NCBI RefSeq assembly: GCF_009914755.1
Contig: NC_060935.1
Direction: 5' to 3' (one strand)
DNA: 64,000 nucleotides
DNA from: the human T2T-CHM13v2.0 reference genome, Homo sapiens
The position numbers and the translations under genes were made by a program. Shown one piece after another: positions 58,420-64,000 of the stretch. The number at the start of each line of letters is the position of its first letter. Positions within the stretch are counted from its first letter, which is position 1. The notes below the pieces were generated by a model that saw nothing but the letters and a program-made list of their open reading frames with translations, ran no database searches and had not been told where the DNA came from.

Positions 58420-58890
58420 AAAATTTAAATACCAGTGTGGGAAAGGTTGTAGAAAAATAAGCACTTTTATATAGTTCTGTTGGAAAAACAGTTTCATCTT
58501 TCTAGAAGTCAATTTGTAATTTGTATAAAGAGACAACTGATCACCCTAATTTTTCCATTGGATACTATAATGATGCAATAATTATTATATGTATATAGAT
58601 TTAATTGTAAGGATGGTTATAAAAAGTAGCTTATAATAGGAAAAGATAATTTGAACTTACAAAAAGGTGGCAATTTTTGAGTAATATAGTTTTATGAAAT
58701 TATAGATTATGAAATGATTATAATGTTGGAGAAGCTTATTTCTTACTTGAAAAGATGACTATGATAGCTTGTTAAGTAGAGATGAAATATGGCTTACCAA
58801 TATGAAGAGTATGGTACAATTTTTGGATAAATGAAAAAATATAAATACTATTCATAGAAAATTATTCAGAAGTATAAGCCAACATATAAA
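58420..58890 (+). mobile_element. Ancient L1ME 3' remnant
   Basis: aaataccagtgtgggaaaggttgtagaaaaataagcactttt...tctagaagtcaatttg. Confidence 0.5.
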
Positions 58891-59745
58891 TTTACTATTT
58901 CCTTATATTCATAGTACATATCATAAGCTGAAAAATGTTATTTATTAATAAATCATCTATTTCATTAGAATATTAGCTTCATGAGCCAAGAGACTATACC
59001 TGCCTGAGTTTCCACTGTGATCCAAATGCCTGTTGTGGTTACATACTAAGATCCCAATATGAGTTTGTTGTTGTTTTAATGTAAATGTTCAACAGACCTT
59101 TGTTGAACCAATGGATAAACCAGTGATTCTGTCTGTAAAAATAGGAAAATATGGATGTAACTCTGATATTTTCTATTTTCTTAGTTTTGATTGTTTTGTT
59201 TTCCATAATGATATATTACATGCTATGGAGAAAGAAAATGCAACAGGGTCAAACCAAAAAACAGCTACAGGTAGTTAAATCAAGCTTAAAATTGCACATT
59301 AGGACCCAGATGAAGACAGTTGAGAAGCATCTGGGTCCTGGGTTCTAGACATCACACTATTAAAAGTTAATGAATGCACAGACAGCAGAACAAAAAGAAA
59401 GGGAATTTTTTAAATGGCCTACTAATAAGCCATCTTAACGAATAAGCAACAACACTGTCATCATTATTATCAATGGTTGTGATTATTTCATTGACGTACC
59501 TAATTTCAATTTGTAATACCAATTCCCATGGTGCGTTAAAGCTGCTTCTGAACTTTTACTCTTTTAGATAACCCTCTAATTAACATACTGGTGAACAAAG
59601 GTTTTGTTCTTTTTGAAATTATATCCTTAACAGATCATAAGGAGTGAAATTTCTGAATTAGAATCATACACTTAGAATGATTAGAGTGTGTTCAAAGAAC
59701 AATAGCAAGGATGGTAGAAGAGTTAGAAAGAACCAATAGTGTCCA

Positions 59746-60294
59746 TAGAAATACCATCTGACCCAGCCATCCCATTACTGGGTATATGCCCAAAGGACTA
59801 TAAATCATGCTGCTATAAAGACACATGCACACGTATGTTTATTGTGGCACTATTCACAATAGCAAAGACTGGGAACCAACCCAAATGTCCAACAATGATA
59901 GACTGGATTAAGAAAATGTGGCACATATACACCATGGAATACTATGCAGCCATTAAAAATGATGAGTTCATGTCCTTTGTAGGGACATGGATGAAACTGG
60001 AAATCATCATTCTCAGTAAACTATCACAAGGACAAAAAACCAAACACCGCATGTTCTCACTCATAGGTGGGAATTGAACAATGAGAACACATGGACACAG
60101 GAAGGGGAACATCACACTCCGGGGACTGTTGTGGGGTGGGAGGAGGGGGGAGGGATAGCATTAGGAGATATACCTAATGCTAAATGACGAGTTAATGGGT
60201 GCAGCACACCAGCATGGCACATGTATACATATGTAACTAACCTGCACATTGTGCACCTGTACCCTAAAACTTAAAGTATAATAATAATAAAAAA
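59746..60294 (+). mobile_element. Young L1PA3-like 3' fragment (ORF2 C-terminus plus 3'UTR)
   Basis: Open ORF2 C-terminal peptide ...[27 protein letters not shown]...HRMFSLIGGN*; taatgctaaatgacgagttaatgg 3'UTR; followed by (ACC)n(AAC)n. Confidence 0.95.
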
Positions 60295-61089
60295 CCACCA
60301 CCACCACCACGACAACAACAACAACAAAAGTTACAATGGTAACATCATGTGCTGATGGCTTCTCAGCCAATTTTTCAAAAGTAATAAAAGTGAAATGAAA
60401 CCATTGCAACCTTCCATGTCATGCGAAAAATACCTGGGGAAACGGGGCAGTTTAGTCTATAAGAGTAAAAGAAAATGCTCCGAAGACATATTTAATCACT
60501 TCAAATACACAGTTAACTGACAGAGCAAAGACATTTTAGATTTTTTAAAAAATAACTACAAAGGACAAAATAAAGACCAGTAGAGCAAAGCCAAAGAAAA
60601 CTGCTTCAAATTTATTTCAAGGAATCATTTATAATTGTGGGAGTTGTCCACAGATGCATGTCTCCATCTTCACAGAGAATAGAACAATACCTTGACTTCC
60701 TCAATAGGTTGAGAGGAGAAATGTATTTAAAATCCTTGGGATTCCCTCAGACATAGTAGACTACTCAGCACCTTTCACCCATACTCACTATCCATGGCAC
60801 ACACAGAGGTTTCTCTATCACTCGGATGCGGTTGCAGCATAGGCTGCAAAATTAGTCAGTGTGCAAACTGGAGAGAGAGCTCTCCCTTCAAGATCCAAAT
60901 TAAAACTTAAACTTCTATTTCCTAAAAATTATTTCATGACGATCTCCAAAGAGTTGTTTGCTTCCACCTGTGTGTTCTCTTTCATCATTTTAAAATTACA
61001 ATATATTTAAAGTGTGTGTGTATATATGTCTGTGTCTATAGCTATAGCTATATCTCTCTATTTATAGTAATCATTATATTTTAATATGG

Positions 61090-61645
61090 CTTATCTGACC
61101 CTGCCATGCCACAGGTCAAAATTCTTTAATAGCTCTTCAGTACTACCTGGAAAAAAAGTTAATTTCACATTTGGGATGTATCCTCTAGCTAGCCCTCCAT
61201 CTCCATTTCTTGCCATTCTTTCCCCTTACCAGCACTGATGAAACTCCAGACATTCTGAATGTCCATATCTTGTTAAATTACTCCATGTTTTCTTGTCATC
61301 ATGCTTTTACTTCTGTTGCTTAAACTACAAGGAATAATCATTGCTTTTTCAGTTTCTCTGGCTCACTCCTACTTATAGTTTAAGTCTTGGTTGGAATGTC
61401 ATTCCCTCCTCAAATCTATAGTGATTTCAAAATCTGGATTAGGAGCATCACTATCATCCTATACTTTCTCTATCCCACACTATATTGGCCCAGATTTCTT
61501 AATTTTCTTTCTCCCCTACCAATCTATAAATTCCATGAGGATAAGTGTAATGACTATCTTGTTTAATTTTATATCACCATTACTTAGCATAGAATGTCTG
61601 CACAGAGTAAATGCTCGATAAATATTTATTAAAAGGATGGTTGAT
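61090..61645 (+). mobile_element. L2 3' region
   Basis: ctataaattccatgagg...tcttgtttaattttatatcacc...gcacagagtaaatgctcgataaatattt. Confidence 0.75.
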
Positions 61646-61827
61646 TGCTGTTTGCAAGGCATGAATTAATAAGCTCCTGGAAGTCTGAGTCTGTACTGTC
61701 TTTTTAAACTTCATGCACTAGCACAGAAAGCAGCACACATGGTGAGCAGGAATAGGCTTAATTATTAAAAAAAAAAATTTCCTGATTTGTAATTTATGGC
61801 TTGGCATCAGTATACAATCAGTCAGTC

Positions 61828-61833
61828 AATCTC

Positions 61834-61864
<31 letters not shown>
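61828..61864. repeat. (CT)n microsatellite
   Basis: ctccctctctctctctctctctctttccctctc. Confidence 0.9.
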
Positions 61865-61865
<1 letters not shown>

Positions 61866-63589
61866 GCAAACAGTAAGCTCTTATCTTACCACAAACATCT
61901 GAATCTGCCTTTTGAGAACACAGTACGGACAGGGCATTCACCTGAAATGTTATATAGACAAAGCAGTCTGTCATCCTGCATTTACTCTGAATTCACTAAT
62001 AGGTTTACAGGATGTGGTTCATGCAAACATGTGACTTATTTTGGCTTTCATTTACCCTTTGAGTACCTTTGGTAATTGGCCTTGTTGACAGAAGCAGCCA
62101 ACATTCTGTATTAGAAGTTCCAGTGGGTGCATCATATGTCGATTGCTTTCTCTGTCAATTCATTCTGGTTGCCCAGTAATGAAATCCAAAGGAAACTATC
62201 ACAAATTGGTAGCTCACCAAATCTAAAGCAAGACAGACAGTTCATTTCTTCTGACTGGGGAATATTCCACATGAGTGTGTGTTGCCCTCTACAGCCCACT
62301 GCATGTGCACATTTTCTGGCAGGAAGGGGAAAAATAATAAAGTGAAAAGGGTGTGAAATAATCCTTTAGTATATGAGGATGCTGTGTATAAATTCACAAT
62401 CTGATACTTCATTAGGAACCAAAGTCAAAACCATTTTGCTTTTCTATGGTGTGTGCATGTGTATGTGTACTTTTCATGTTGTGTTTAGTATCTGCAGTAG
62501 TTTATATATATGTAAAATATTAGATTTCTCTGAAATAAATAGCTATACCTCTGTGGTCTTCAGACAAAAAGAAAGGAGCCTGAAAAAAATATGTAACAAT
62601 GTTAGGGAGGTTGGAGAAGAAAGAAATGCAGTCAATTAAACAATAGGTGCGAGAGTTTCAATGTTGACAGGACTTACACTCATTTTCTACAATTTCAGAT
62701 AACCATTTGAGAACACTGAAAAGGAAAAGGGTTCAAAGACATGTCTAAAAGAAAGCAGTCTTATTTTTCAGGACCTCAGTGTCAAACTGGATTTCATTGT
62801 GTGTTTGTATTTTCACTATATGTTTGTCTCCATTTGCCATTGTAAACAAAAGTTGGTATCAGTAATTCCCTGGTTGCTTGAAAAGTATTTATTCCAGATA
62901 TTTTAATCAGTTCGTGTTTTTGTAGTGCATTTGGTATTTGTTGTTTTCAAAATGATTTATTCAACCCTTATAAAATCCCTGTAAAGTTGGCTGGGCAGAT
63001 ATATTTTATTCTCTTTTTGGCAGTTGAAACTAAGACTCATGACTACAGAGTTTATTCATGACAAAATGGAATGAGATTTCATATCCCTGACCCAGTTCAA
63101 TTCTCCAGCTATTCATTTTCCCAACTGATACATATAGTAGTTAAAGATGTTATATGAATTCACTTGGGCAAATGCCAAATTAGAAGCATAAACCTTTCTT
63201 CATCGAAATAGATACCAACAGTTTGTTCATTTCTATATATTCTCCCCTAAACAATAATCAATTCAAGACCATTCCAATAAGTCAGAGAGCTAATGTACAT
63301 TGAAGGGTGAAATGAAAGAAGTAACCCTTTTTGAGAAATTTATATATACCCAGAATTTAATACTGCATGATCTTCACATGTTTTTTCATCCTCATGAAAT
63401 CCTTAGAAGCAAAAAATATGTCCTTTTACCTATAAAGAAACAGGCATTTCAAAGAGATTATTTGTCCTAATAGCTGGTTGTGGGAGATCTTTCATAAGAC
63501 CAGTTCCACTATACCACATAACCTCCAGTGTACTTATAATGTTGTTCATGCAAACTTCTTGCCTTTTAGAGATAATTAATCTATTCCTC

Positions 63590-63790
63590 AGTTAGAAGCC
63601 ACATGGTTCTAGTCTAGGCTTTTATTTTTGATGAAATTGAACTTGGGTATGAGTTATAATTTGTATGGCCTTCCCACTCTATGACATGACCAATATGCCT
63701 ACATATTCTGGGTGTTATTTTCTTTGCTATAATATGGATGATTTAAACAAAATAATTTACACTGTCCCGTATAGCTCTTAAGCCATATCA
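63590..63790 (+). mobile_element. MIR-family fragment
   Basis: acatggttctagtctaggc...aacttgggtatg...ctataatatggatgattt. Confidence 0.45.
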
Positions 63791-64000
63791 TATGATTCTA
63801 TTATTGCTCCATGACCTCTACTCTGCACCACAAGATGAGTGGTTATGATAGCCTGTGGCCCCACAGCAACTGATATCATAATTATGCAGGATTAAAACAC
63901 CAATTTTAGATAAACCAAGTTAGTTAGTCAAAGCTTTATAGTAAAATTTACTAAATAGTCCACAAATTATATCCTAGAAAATAATCTTCTTTCATATGTT

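Noticed and set aside
59739-60077. 112-aa ORF resembling a real protein
   Set aside because: C-terminus of L1 ORF2p in a truncated copy with a GTG start; not a host gene. ORFs at 1862, 4945, 6488, 21639 and 22657 are likewise L1 ORF2 pieces
61037-61052. Perfect 16-bp palindrome tatagctatagctata
   Set aside because: By-product of a short (TATAGC)n repeat in low-complexity DNA

Overview
AT-rich, CpG-poor primate genomic DNA. AluY-type and L1PA3-like elements suggest a hominoid, probably human. The window looks like a gene desert or a large intron: no CpG island, no recognisable protein-coding gene, tRNA, rRNA or CRISPR array. Much of it is interspersed repeat: a near-full-length old L1MA (9.5-16.5 kb, minus strand), two about 3 kb L1PA ORF2/3' fragments, several short L1 3' ends, 13 Alus, Tigger1, MADE1, MER20, MER5, MER63, a MER39-like and an MSTB solo LTR, and many MIR/L2 relics. 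One small-RNA retrocopy is clear (Y1 RNA, 12174-12280). Nearly all ORFs in the track are repeat-derived or chance ORFs. I do not see a convincing new biological system. The best leads are unproven minus-strand exon-like segments at 28-31 kb (one a 144-nt, frame-preserving, Cys-rich candidate) and some clearly readable insertion structures (twin-primed L1, a 76-bp L1, four-level nesting). Repeat family names come from my recall of consensus sequences, not from a database search. Boundaries of old repeats are approximate.
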